A DNA stretch of 25,522 bases, from the IMG/VR virus record IMGVR_UViG_3300044820_000014, positions 1 to 25,522 of that record; one strand, given 5' to 3'. The stretch comes from a virus. Its lineage: Duplodnaviria > Caudoviricetes. The notes beneath the pieces are model-generated. The model had not been told where the DNA came from. It worked only from the letters and a program-made list of their open reading frames with translations, and searched no databases. Every line of letters begins with the position of its first letter. The stretch's first letter is position 1. The position numbers were made by a program, and so were the translations under genes. This document shows, piece by piece, positions 1 through 9,223 of this stretch.

Positions 1-30
1 CGATTGTTGAACGACGGTTGAAGTGCTCAT
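1..30 (-). CDS. 5' start of the next tail or fibre-associated gene (partial, MSTSTVVQQS...)
   Basis: ATG at 30-28 overlaps a TGA at 29-27 (ATGA coupling). Only 10 codons are visible. Confidence 0.45.
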   Translation of the reverse strand, partial: MSTSTVVQQS

Positions 31-1411
31 GCTGCATGTCCGTAATCAAAGGATGAGATAACAGAGTCGGTTGCGTGGCCGAGATCGCCAACCGCTGCGT
101 AGCTTCCGATCGGATTCGGGCCAGCCAATCGGCCGACGTATTGGACGCCTTTGCCCAAAGCAGGAACGGAGAAACGTCTGTCTGAAGATATTGATAGCCC
201 TGCGGCTGCCCGTCATAGGTTGAGCGTTGCGCAAATGTGCCGGTTGCGCTGGGCGCAAGCCCTGCTCCTGTGTCGCCCTTTGGTCCCGGAACGGTGCTCG
301 CGGCTCCAGTATCGCCCTTGTCGCCTTTATCGCCTTTGGCTCCTGTGCCACCCGAAGGACCAGGAGCCCCTTGAATTCCAAGGTCGCCGGCTAGCGATAT
401 GCGCCAGCTATTGTCCGACCCAGACCCAAGAGTGAAGTCAACTGAGATTGTAAGAGTCGTTCCGGAATACGAAGTAACCAGTCCTACGAGCGTCTTATCC
501 CAACCCGCGCTGATTGCTTTGTATCTCTGGCCTGCGGAGATTGTCAGACCAGACGCAACGGTGAATGACTTACTCCCGGTGCCGACCGTTACAACCGATG
601 AACTTGTCGCGTCGATAACCGGCGCTGGCCCGGTCGCTCCGACATCGCCTCTCGGGATGGTGAAATTGAGCGTCGCTGCTGTGCTTGAACCGGAATTCGT
701 GACAGCGACCGAGCTTCCGGCGGATCCGGTGGTGACGGTGCCGACTGCAATCGTTCCGGCGGCCCCGGTAGCTCCGGTTGCTCCGGTCGCGCCAGTTGCA
801 CCAGTATCGCCCTTTGCACCTACAAGAGCCCAATAGCTGGTATTTGTCGGAAGCACGTTTGTGCTCGGCGCGATGGCGACATAGGCGCTGCCGCCATAGC
901 CAACGAGGTCATTGACAGCGTATGCGGTCGCACCGCTCCACGTGCCCCTCGATGCAAGGCCAACCGGGACGCCCTGCGAAACCCACACGCCGCCAGACTT
1001 AATCCATTGCTGCCATGGCGATGCGTTTGTCTTAAGCGCCAGATCCCCGTCATTCCCGAGCGAATTATCCGGCGACGAGCCTGTGACCTGATAGAAGACC
1101 GTAGACCCGTTCAGGATCTTGATCAGCGCCTCGACGTCGGCCATCGCCTGCCCGCCGACAAAGCGCAGCGGACTATACGGGAAGATCTGATAGGCGCCGC
1201 CCGTGATGGCAGACCCGCGCCACGCGGGAACAACGAGGTGCGTTGCGTCGGTGACGCTCGAAATGATGGTGGCATAGCCCGTTGCAGGGTCGCGAAGCCA
1301 ATCCCCCTCACGCGCGTTGATTCCGGTCCAGACCGTAGACGACCCGGTTACAGTGGTGCCGCCGACTGAAACCGTTACGGTCCCAGTCGTATAAGGAGGT
1401 AGCGATGCCAT
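27..1411 (-). CDS. Tail fibre protein with collagen-like repeats (probable frameshift near 125)
   Basis: Missing from the ORF track because its frame has no stop before the window edge. Read by hand: ATG at 1411 after AAGGGA, N-terminus MASLPPYTTGTVTVSVGGTTVTGSSTVW, a GTWSGATAYAVNDLVGYGGSAYVA segment, and G-X-Y blocks at 820-749 and 388-299. It lies directly downstream of the tail tip gene. Confidence 0.85.
299..388 (-). repeat. Collagen-like G-X-Y block (GDL GIQ GAP GPS GGT GAK GDK GDK GDT GAA)
   Basis: Manual translation in the frame of ATG 1411. Confidence 0.9.
749..820 (-). repeat. Collagen-like G-X-Y block (GAK GDT GAT GAT GAT GAT GAA GTI)
   Basis: Manual translation; 9-bp periodic repeat in the DNA. 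Confidence 0.9.
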
Positions 1412-1424
1412 CGACTAGTATCCC

Positions 1425-4400
1425 TTAGCGCCGAAGATCTTGCACTGACGCTTGACCGGGGTTTGCAGTTGCAGCCTTTGAAACATCAGTCGGATGCACC
1501 TGCCATTGGAACGTGTGATTTCCTACGCTTAGGCCAGTGACGTCCCAACTATATGTTCCGGATGCCGTGCTCCCATACAAGAACTGCTTGATAATGGTAC
1601 CATCGACGATCAGTTGCAGATATGCCGTCGATGCCGTCGTGTTGAACTCGCCACTAGCTGTGCAAGTCGCGGTACCGCTCAGAATTTCGCAGGTTTGCGT
1701 TCCGAACCCATTGAACCCAGTCCCGCCGCTGTGATTAACGACGTACCTGCGGGTTGCGGATCCGGCAATTAGGTTTTGAATGGCAACGCCACCAACCGCA
1801 AGCTGTGTCGCGTTGATCGATCCTGCTGTAATCTTGATTGCGTCTATAGTCCCGGCTTGGATCTTAGTGCCGCTGAGCGTTCCATCGACGATAACATCGC
1901 CGCGGATAGCGAGGCCGTAAGAGATCGCACCATCAAGCCGGCGCACGCCTGAAAAGACAAATCCTCCAGTTATGCCGTCGATGGTCCCGGTAACACCGAA
2001 CTGCACCTTCTGACCATCGACGCTGGATGAGATGATGCTTAACTGCGCGCTCTGACCATCCAACGTTGTGCCGAATGTTGTGACTTGACCCGCAAGTGAA
2101 TTGATCGAACTCGTTTGCGCGAGAATGTATGAATTGACCGCGGCAAAGCTATTGTCTGTTTGCGCAGAAAAACTATCTATCCGCGCCGACAATGCATTGT
2201 CAGCGCTAGACCTGGTGACAATTTCGCTGGATAGGCTAGCCGACAGGCTGCCAAAGTTCGCGTTGAGGGTCGTGATTTGAGCCGCCGTCGCGGACGACAG
2301 ATCGGACAGCGACGTATTTGTTACGTCGATTCGCGCGTTTGCCGCGCCGATGCTTGTGGTCAGTTCAAGTTCGGTCTGCGCAAGCGAGGCTTCTAGATTG
2401 GTCGCGACCGTGAAAACCTCAGTGATCCTCGCATTTGCAGCGCCTGAGACAGACGATAGTTCGCTTCGCGTTACTTTCTTATCGAGCCAATTGCGAGCCG
2501 CATTGATCGAACCCAGAGCGGCAAGCTGCGCCTCTATGTTCTTTTGTGTGTTGTACAGGTCATCGATGGCGTCGGTGACGCGCTGCGCAACGCCGGCATC
2601 GAACTCAACCAACCCAACAAGATCGTTTGGCGTCGTGACGTCGAGCCAGTCGGACGGAGTCACATCGCGTGGCCAGCTTGGGATATACTGCCCTTGCGCC
2701 TGATAGAGAAAATTAGGCAGGAGGTTTTGCGAGATAATGATGGCGCCGGCCGACATGAAGTCGGTCCTGCCGCGATGGACGACAACCTGATCCGACTTAT
2801 TCCGAACCGAGAACGCCACGCCAGACACGCCCGGAAGCGAACCATCCCATGACAGCCGGATGGCAGGCCGCCGCCGAATCCCATCAGCGTCCGTGATCGA
2901 CCATGGCTCCGCATACCAATCGACGATTCCCTGCGGCGCAGGCCGCGGGAACGTGGTCGGCCCAATATACGGATGCTGAAAATCAGTCCCGTGGTTCCAG
3001 TCATAATCGGCCGGATCAACTTCGGTGACGCTGAGGATGACGTCGAGCAAGGCGCCATCGACCACGCCATCAACACGGAACGACTTATTGACGTAGCCGT
3101 TGCGGGCCGAGGTCCAGGATCCGATATCGCCCGGCTCCACAAGCCAATAGGCCGGAGGGAACGGCAGGACGTGCGTCCGGGCGCGCTGGGCTTCCTCTAC
3201 ATGGCTTTTTTGGAGCCGCTGGACCTGTGCCGCATACGGCACGAAATCGAATGACGGGTTCGCCATGAGCCGGCGATTGCCATCGATGATTTCCAGGTCA
3301 GTCCGGTAATAGGCCGGTGCCGTCGCCGTGTTCCAGCCCTGCGCCGGATCGGGATATGTGGCCTGGACGCCATTGACGCTGTCCGACAGCGCAAAGAATG
3401 GCCGATAGACTTGCGTATCCGTCGAGAGCAGATCCGCATCTGTCCAAGAAAATGTCGGAGATCCCGGTGCGCCAGCGTGGATCTTGTAGAACCCGCCGAC
3501 TTCGGACAGACGCCCTTGGCAGGCCGATAGAATCGCCTCAACCGCATTTGCGAGCTGCGCGTTGACGTTGATCTGGCCACCCGACCGATAGATTGGCTCG
3601 GCGCCGTCCGGACCCGTGATCGTCGCACGGCAGGCCGCAATCTGCGCAACCCAGTTGACGGCAGGAAGCCGCGCCGCGGTCAGATTCTGCAGGCCGTAAA
3701 GCCATGTCCCGCCATAGCGAAACCCGCGCAGCAGGTTGTAGATCTGCACCACCGGCAGATTGTCGCCGTCTCCGCCCCATGTGGCCGGGTTGGAATAGCG
3801 CTGCGAACCGGATCCGCCGTTGGTGCTGTCCTTGCTGGGATCGTAAAGCGGGACGCCTGAAACGGCGAATCTGAACGTCGGAATCCCGGTGAAAAGCGTG
3901 TCTTCAACGAGCGCCGTCGTGGTGACGTAGGCAATTCCAGTTCCAACCCGAGTCGACTCGTAGGGCCGCTCGGCGGACGACACCAGCCCGACCAACAACG
4001 GATCCGCGGTGGTCTGCGTTCCGTCGTAATATTTCACCCAGAGATAGTCGGACCCGCCCTTCCTATATTCGATAACGGGATAGCCGCGCTGATCCGGCGC
4101 AGCGCCAGTGTCGAGCGTGCAGAGTTCTCCGTTAACCCATACCTCAACGAGCGTGCCGCCCGGCAAATCCGACAATGCGATGACTTGCGTGATGAATGCG
4201 TTCGGAGTCCCGGACGCAGGCCCCCATGTATTCGCGTAGACCAGCGAGCCGGCCGTTACACTGTAGCCGAGATTAAACGACCGCGGGACGATGCCACCGG
4301 CCTGAATTGTGCCCTGGACAGAGAAGTGGTCAGTCGCTTGTTGCGCCTGATTTCCGGACAGCGCCTTAGCGGCATAGCTGAGGCCATACGACGCCGCCAG

Positions 4401-4493
4401 GCCGATAACGCCAGCGACGATCGGCACAGCGATCGTGCCAGCCAAAAACGTGCCCGCAAGAAGGGCTGTCGCAATCGCAGTAAAAATCGCCAT
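1425..4493 (-). CDS. Tail tip / central tail fibre (host-specificity J-like) protein
   Basis: 1022 aa with a hydrophobic Ala/Gly N-terminus, LVEPGD motif, coiled-coil-like Ala/Ser/Thr segment and a GTIDAIKITAGSINATQLAVG repeat region. Located after Dit and hub. Confidence 0.88.
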   Translation of the reverse strand: MAIFTAIATALLAGTFLAGTIAVPIVAGVIGLAASYGLSYAAKALSGNQAQQATDHFSVQGTIQAGGIVPRSFNLGYSVTAGSLVYANTWGPASGTPNAFITQVIALSDLPGGTLVEVWVNGELCTLDTGAAPDQRGYPVIEYRKGGSDYLWVKYYDGTQTTADPLLVGLVSSAERPYESTRVGTGIAYVTTTALVEDTLFTGIPTFRFAVSGVPLYDPSKDSTNGGSGSQRYSNPATWGGDGDNLPVVQIYNLLRGFRYGGTWLYGLQNLTAARLPAVNWVAQIAACRATITGPDGAEPIYRSGGQINVNAQLANAVEAILSACQGRLSEVGGFYKIHAGAPGSPTFSWTDADLLSTDTQVYRPFFALSDSVNGVQATYPDPAQGWNTATAPAYYRTDLEIIDGNRRLMANPSFDFVPYAAQVQRLQKSHVEEAQRARTHVLPFPPAYWLVEPGDIGSWTSARNGYVNKSFRVDGVVDGALLDVILSVTEVDPADYDWNHGTDFQHPYIGPTTFPRPAPQGIVDWYAEPWSITDADGIRRRPAIRLSWDGSLPGVSGVAFSVRNKSDQVVVHRGRTDFMSAGAIIISQNLLPNFLYQAQGQYIPSWPRDVTPSDWLDVTTPNDLVGLVEFDAGVAQRVTDAIDDLYNTQKNIEAQLAALGSINAARNWLDKKVTRSELSSVSGAANARITEVFTVATNLEASLAQTELELTTSIGAANARIDVTNTSLSDLSSATAAQITTLNANFGSLSASLSSEIVTRSSADNALSARIDSFSAQTDNSFAAVNSYILAQTSSINSLAGQVTTFGTTLDGQSAQLSIISSSVDGQKVQFGVTGTIDGITGGFVFSGVRRLDGAISYGLAIRGDVIVDGTLSGTKIQAGTIDAIKITAGSINATQLAVGGVAIQNLIAGSATRRYVVNHSGGTGFNGFGTQTCEILSGTATCTASGEFNTTASTAYLQLIVDGTIIKQFLYGSTASGTYSWDVTGLSVGNHTFQWQVHPTDVSKAATANPGQASVQDLRR

Positions 4494-4494
4494 G

Positions 4495-4959
4495 CTACGC
4501 GATAGCCTTCAGATAGTGCGTCTCGGCGACCTTGTATCCGCGCCTCAGATAGAGCCGCGCGACATCTGGGTCGGACCCCATGCCAGCCATGCCGGCAAAT
4601 ACGCAGTTCCGCTCTTTTGCCCACGCCTCATAGGCGTCGAGCATTCGCACTGCGGCCGTTCCGCGGTGCGCCGGATCGATCCACCAGACAGTCTCTTTCG
4701 CGAGCAGCACCGGGCCGAACGGATGCTCAAAGGCAACCGCCATCAGAACGCCCTGCGCAACATCATCGATGTCGTTGACGAGGCAAAGCGCCCTCGGATT
4801 CGATAGATGCGTCAAGAACAGTCGCTCTGCATAAGCTGGGTCAAATGGGAACACGAACCCAGTCAACCCATCCCGACGATCGAACCCGGCGCCCTCTCTG
4901 GAGTCCTTTAAGAGTTTGATGACCCGCATTCGATCTGCGGCAACTCCTGGACGGATCAA
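4495..4959 (-). CDS. GNAT-family acetyltransferase
   Basis: Motif A-like WWIDPAHRGTAAVRMLDAYEAWAKERNC and C-terminal LYLRRGY. Likely start is TTG at 4959, overlapping the upstream TGA (MIRPGVAADR..., 154 aa), not 5142. Confidence 0.85.
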   Translation of the reverse strand: MIRPGVAADRMRVIKLLKDSREGAGFDRRDGLTGFVFPFDPAYAERLFLTHLSNPRALCLVNDIDDVAQGVLMAVAFEHPFGPVLLAKETVWWIDPAHRGTAAVRMLDAYEAWAKERNCVFAGMAGMGSDPDVARLYLRRGYKVAETHYLKAIA

Positions 4960-5615
4960 ACCTTGCCCCTTGAAGCCTTGGCAGAATTCACTGTGCCGCT
5001 CGCCTTGCCCCAGAATAGTTGCCACGTCCCGACCACGGCCACGTCCTGATAGAAATTGTCCGTCGCACTGCGCAGCCTTTGCGACGCATCGGAGCGCGTG
5101 TCCGGGTTTGCCCGCGTCATCTCCTGCGTATGCGATGTGCACGTCAGTGAGACTGCGCCCTGATCACCCTCTTTCGGAGTCGTGATTTCGATATGATCGA
5201 TGAACCCAACGAACCGCGGCGCTGCCGGCGCCACCAATGTCCGCGTGTTAGGGTCAAATAGCCCGCGGAAGATCTGGACTTGACCCTGCTTACACTCGTA
5301 GGTGCGCACGAGGTCGTTGACGCGATCGGCAACCTGAGACAGCGTCACAGTGACGGTCTGCACTGTGATATTCGACACGAGCTGAATATCGGAAACGGAA
5401 ATCAGCGTCCCTGATCCAAAGAACTGCCGTGTAGATGTTCCCCCGGTTTCCGGATCTACGACATCGCAAGTGATAGCCCCGACGTCCGACCATTCGCCAT
5501 CATAGACGGCGTCGCCAGTGGTCCGGTCCTTGACGACAAACCAGATGAAGTCGCGCGCAACAAGTTGTCGCTGCTGTAGAGCAGCGGTGTTTTCTGCAGA
5601 TAGCGATCGGGTCAT
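4956..5615 (-). CDS. Minor tail / baseplate hub protein
   Basis: 219 aa between Dit and tail tip; RFVGFID and RSDASQR..DNFY..V motifs are typical of siphophage hub proteins. Confidence 0.7.
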   Translation of the reverse strand: MTRSLSAENTAALQQRQLVARDFIWFVVKDRTTGDAVYDGEWSDVGAITCDVVDPETGGTSTRQFFGSGTLISVSDIQLVSNITVQTVTVTLSQVADRVNDLVRTYECKQGQVQIFRGLFDPNTRTLVAPAAPRFVGFIDHIEITTPKEGDQGAVSLTCTSHTQEMTRANPDTRSDASQRLRSATDNFYQDVAVVGTWQLFWGKASGTVNSAKASRGKV

Positions 5616-6265
5616 AGATACTGCTGCGCCTTGAAGCTCACGACCGTATTGACGGGACCGTTGAGCCGTGACGAGACCGAGCCAGGCACCAAGGTGAACA
5701 GCCCTGCAGGCTTTTTGAGACGCACCGCAGTGGTCGGGCCAGACAGAGTCCAGCCCGGACGGATGTGCGGACGGACTTCAAATTCAGACGTAAGCCCGGA
5801 TCCGTTTGCCGTCACACCTTCCATCACCTGATGAAGCGCTCGGCTTGTCCCATATGCCGTCGTGTAATTGAACGACAAATAGTCCCCGACAGACAACACG
5901 AACCCAGCATCCAACCCGCTGATGCTGAGCGCCTTGTTGTTGGCATTGACGGAGTTAAGAATGCCGGTATCGTTGAACGCGCCAGTCTGATTGCTCTTAG
6001 GATATGGCCGGCGCAGATCCCACGCCTCAAACGGAAACACGGCGCCGTCTAGCGAATTCAGATAAGCCTCGAACTTGAGCGCGTCGTCGTTCGCAAGAGA
6101 GATCGTGGTATACGCCGCAAACCAGATTGCCGAGCCGAGATCTTTCCCGATTGTCGTTCCGAAGGCCGTTCGGCTGAATTCCTGCCGCGACACCAACTGA
6201 AACTGCGGCTGATCTTCGAACGAAACGGACGAAAGAACATCTGTGCGCGGAAACGATATCGCCAT
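5612..6265 (-). CDS. Distal tail (Dit)-like protein
   Basis: 217 aa directly after the tape measure gene, with coupled start/stop overlaps. Confidence 0.7.
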   Translation of the reverse strand: MAISFPRTDVLSSVSFEDQPQFQLVSRQEFSRTAFGTTIGKDLGSAIWFAAYTTISLANDDALKFEAYLNSLDGAVFPFEAWDLRRPYPKSNQTGAFNDTGILNSVNANNKALSISGLDAGFVLSVGDYLSFNYTTAYGTSRALHQVMEGVTANGSGLTSEFEVRPHIRPGWTLSGPTTAVRLKKPAGLFTLVPGSVSSRLNGPVNTVVSFKAQQYL

Positions 6266-8403
6266 CAGATCCTGCGCTGTTTCTTGGCGGTCTGCACAGC
6301 ATTAACAGCGAGTGCAGGAACCCTCGCCTCCAACTGGACCAACTGCTGTTTAATCTCAGACATATTTCGATCGTCAACGTTGCCGTTGACAATCAGATTG
6401 ATCCCGCCCATGTGGACCGTCGTGTTGTCGTTTGACGGCATCTTGCCGTTCGGGAGAACCTGCGAACCCTGCGGCAGGTTCACGATTTCAGGCCCGCGCT
6501 CGCCAACGAGCGCCCAGCCGCCGGGAGCGTAGTCCGTTCCGTCGGCAAATCCGGGGCCGTAGAATGCGCCGCCAGTGTTGCCGGCGAGCGTCGCCGCGGA
6601 ACTCGCTTGCGCCGCCGAGCCGCTTCCGCCAGTCAAAAACGACAGTATCCCGCTCCCGCCGATCGAACTTTGCAGCGAGTCCATCAGGGGCTTGACGACC
6701 ATCACCTTGATGATCATTTCCTCAAGAGCCCGGATAACCGCCTGGCTCATGTCCTTGAAGCCCTGACTCGCGGTCTTCGTCCCCATCGCAATGTCGGTCA
6801 GGCCGGACGTCAAGTTTGTTTCAATCGCTGTCGAGACTTGCCGGAAGGCATTGTTGACGCGAATAGCTGCGGCATAGGTGCTGTCCAGCGCAGCCGGTAC
6901 GTCGTTCCCGTAAATACCCTTTAGCTGGTTTGCTATCGATACATCTTCTGCAGACAAAAAGGCCGTCTTGCCATTAAACTCAATTGACGATTGCACTTTC
7001 GCTTTCGCAAGAGCCGTCGCTGCCGCCTCGGCTGCATCGCGCTGCTTTTCAAATGCAGCACGCTGCGCGTCGGTTTCCTTTCCCTGATTAGCCTGAACTG
7101 CTGCCGTTTCGGCGGCGACAGCTCTATATCTGGAAAGAGCGCCATCACCCAAACCAACGGCCTGGGCATCTGCCATCTGCTGTTCGGTATGACGCCTCAG
7201 CGTATTGATTGCCCGATCAACGGCATCGTTCGCCGCGTCACCCCTGGTTGCAACCTTAGAAAAGGCACCAGAGATATTGTCGGCTCCGCTTAAGAACTCG
7301 CCCTGCAGCTGTTTCCACGATTGCGCCTGTGATTGCCACGACGCCATGTTGGCGATAGACGACGGGCTAGTATCTTGGATTTGCTGTTCCGACCCCGCCT
7401 GAAATACAAACTGTTCTTGCGGTATATACTGAAATAGACTCTTAAGAGCAGCAATCCCAGCATTTGCCTGCTCCCACCAGCTTTTACCAGTATCGTTAAA
7501 TTCCTTCATGGCCTGTGTAGTTTCATCGGTCCAGCCGATGCGGATCCCGCCATCCTTGGGTATACCGCTCGCCTCACCTGCAGCAGCAAGCTGCTCTTTG
7601 GCGGCGTCCTCAACCTTCTTTCTATCGATAGAATTTATAAATCTTTGTGCCCGTTCAATCAGATCATCAAGGTATGGAAGCAACCCCAGCATGGCTGATT
7701 TCATATACAAAGAAAATTCTACCGAGCTTCTTCTCCAATCCTGATCGAACTTGGAGGCCCTCTGCACGGTTTCATCATCGATGACTGCGCCGGCTTTTTT
7801 TGCTTCCGAGGTCAGAGCGGCCATGGCGCCCGAACCCTGCTCAAGCAAGGGAACCCATTCTTTGGAGAATCCAAGCATCTGGGCAATGGCGTCTTGATCG
7901 CCAGGGTTACGCGCTTTACGTATTAGATCGGCCGCGATGCCAAGTAATTGATTCTGCGAGATCAGTTGTCCGTTGGCATTTCTAATGCTGATCCCGTTTG
8001 CTTCTAATTCCTTGGATAAATTGTTGCTGTTACGGCTGGCGTCGTTCAGCAATTGCGCGGACTTCTCAAGTCCAGTATTGATTTGCTGCGGGCTAAGCCC
8101 AGCGATGGCAGCTCCGAACTGAACACCCTGAAAGTCAGACAGAGTGAGGCCGACGCGATTTGCCAGTGTCTGCATATCGGCCAACCCCTTATTGGCCGCT
8201 GCGATCTGATCCATAAACTCCTTAACGGCAAAGACAGCGGCGACGGCACCAGTTCCAATTGCTGCAAGTCCTACTCCAAGGCCTCCGGTTGCCTCAGTTC
8301 CGTTTTTTGCCGCCTGCTCTGCCCCGTTCATCGCCTGCGTGAATCGGTCGGCACCACTTGTATCGGCGTCAATTACCAGTTCTGTAACAACTTGCTGCGC
8401 CAT
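6265..8403 (-). CDS. Tail tape measure protein
   Basis: 712 aa, Ala/Gln-rich and helical, with C-terminal FADGTDYAPGGWALVGERGPE motif; follows the chaperone genes. Confidence 0.93.
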   Translation of the reverse strand: MAQQVVTELVIDADTSGADRFTQAMNGAEQAAKNGTEATGGLGVGLAAIGTGAVAAVFAVKEFMDQIAAANKGLADMQTLANRVGLTLSDFQGVQFGAAIAGLSPQQINTGLEKSAQLLNDASRNSNNLSKELEANGISIRNANGQLISQNQLLGIAADLIRKARNPGDQDAIAQMLGFSKEWVPLLEQGSGAMAALTSEAKKAGAVIDDETVQRASKFDQDWRRSSVEFSLYMKSAMLGLLPYLDDLIERAQRFINSIDRKKVEDAAKEQLAAAGEASGIPKDGGIRIGWTDETTQAMKEFNDTGKSWWEQANAGIAALKSLFQYIPQEQFVFQAGSEQQIQDTSPSSIANMASWQSQAQSWKQLQGEFLSGADNISGAFSKVATRGDAANDAVDRAINTLRRHTEQQMADAQAVGLGDGALSRYRAVAAETAAVQANQGKETDAQRAAFEKQRDAAEAAATALAKAKVQSSIEFNGKTAFLSAEDVSIANQLKGIYGNDVPAALDSTYAAAIRVNNAFRQVSTAIETNLTSGLTDIAMGTKTASQGFKDMSQAVIRALEEMIIKVMVVKPLMDSLQSSIGGSGILSFLTGGSGSAAQASSAATLAGNTGGAFYGPGFADGTDYAPGGWALVGERGPEIVNLPQGSQVLPNGKMPSNDNTTVHMGGINLIVNGNVDDRNMSEIKQQLVQLEARVPALAVNAVQTAKKQRRI

Positions 8404-8782
8404 TATGTTTCTTTCGCGGACTTCGGTGCAGACAAGAACAGTAGATCGAGATCTTCAATGACCTCAATCTCCCACGGACTTAGACGCGCCCCGGTTAACC
8501 GCACAAATGATTCGATATCGGTCCACCCGATTGGAAGTGGTCCGCCGAACCCAGCGGACCTACGGTTTGAGAGTCGCCCGAATATCTTCCATAAGTACGC
8601 GGCGGAGTGCGGGAACGGTGGCCCGTTCAATTCCGCCTCTATTTCTGAACGACGCTCCGGAGTCTTGGCCCGCCTCAGCGCCCCCTCCAGAATTTCCCGG
8701 TACGTAAATTCACCCTCATAGAGATTGAGAGAAAAGTGATGCTTCGCGAAAGCCCTCAGATCGTCTCTGAGGGCCGCATAAA
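8403..8782 (-). CDS. Tail assembly chaperone, -1 frame extension (gpT-like part of a gpGT fusion)
   Basis: The -1 frame is open from the AAGTTTT site through the track ORF 8403..8630; contains the PIGWTDIESFVRLTGARLSPWEIEVIEDLD motif. Confidence 0.8.
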
Positions 8783-8786
8783 ACTT
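8752..8786 (-). promoter_or_regulatory. Putative programmed -1 frameshift signal
   Basis: A AGT TTT (8786-8780), a 5-nt spacer, then a perfect 9-bp hairpin GCCCTCAGA-GACGA-TCTGAGGGC (8774-8752). Confidence 0.7.
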
Positions 8787-9214
8787 CTCTCAGAAACCAG
8801 GAATTGCGTGATCTGAATAAAGAACCCGGCCATATCGGGCCGCAGAAATAGGTTTGTTGCCGACTCTACAGAGAACTCGACAGGCTCAGCTTGAACACTT
8901 TTAAATGTCGGGTTCGGGGACCAACTTAGAATTCTCCTACATACGCGATTAACGTTCTTGCGGCGGCGCATCTGCAGGGTTTCGAGCGGAGGATCGTATT
9001 TCTGCCCTGATGCATGTGCCGCTCTGATCGCAAACTCCTCTTCTATCGAGTCGCGCCCGACATCGTTAGCCACAGCAACGGAGTTTTCATGTTGAGGCCC
9101 TGCAAGTTCAATCTTCCACCCCGTTTTCGCTTTCGTGACGGGATGGATGATCTCAAGAAATGACGATGGATCAGGAACAGCGTCGGACAGATCAATCGTA
9201 GCAATATCGGTCAT
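8756..9214 (-). CDS. Tail assembly chaperone (gpG-like)
   Basis: 152 aa between tube and tape measure; LEIIHPVTKAKTGWKIELAGP motif; AAGGA RBS. Confidence 0.82.
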   Translation of the reverse strand: MTDIATIDLSDAVPDPSSFLEIIHPVTKAKTGWKIELAGPQHENSVAVANDVGRDSIEEEFAIRAAHASGQKYDPPLETLQMRRRKNVNRVCRRILSWSPNPTFKSVQAEPVEFSVESATNLFLRPDMAGFFIQITQFLVSERSFMRPSETI

Positions 9215-9223
9215 AACCAGTCC

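Noticed and set aside
399-836. Plus-strand ORF with VAPVAPVAP repeats
   Set aside because: Antisense shadow of the collagen repeats in the minus-strand fibre gene.
4960-5142. N-terminal extension of the GNAT ORF
   Set aside because: Overlaps the hub gene; the TTG at 4959 coupled to the hub stop is more plausible.
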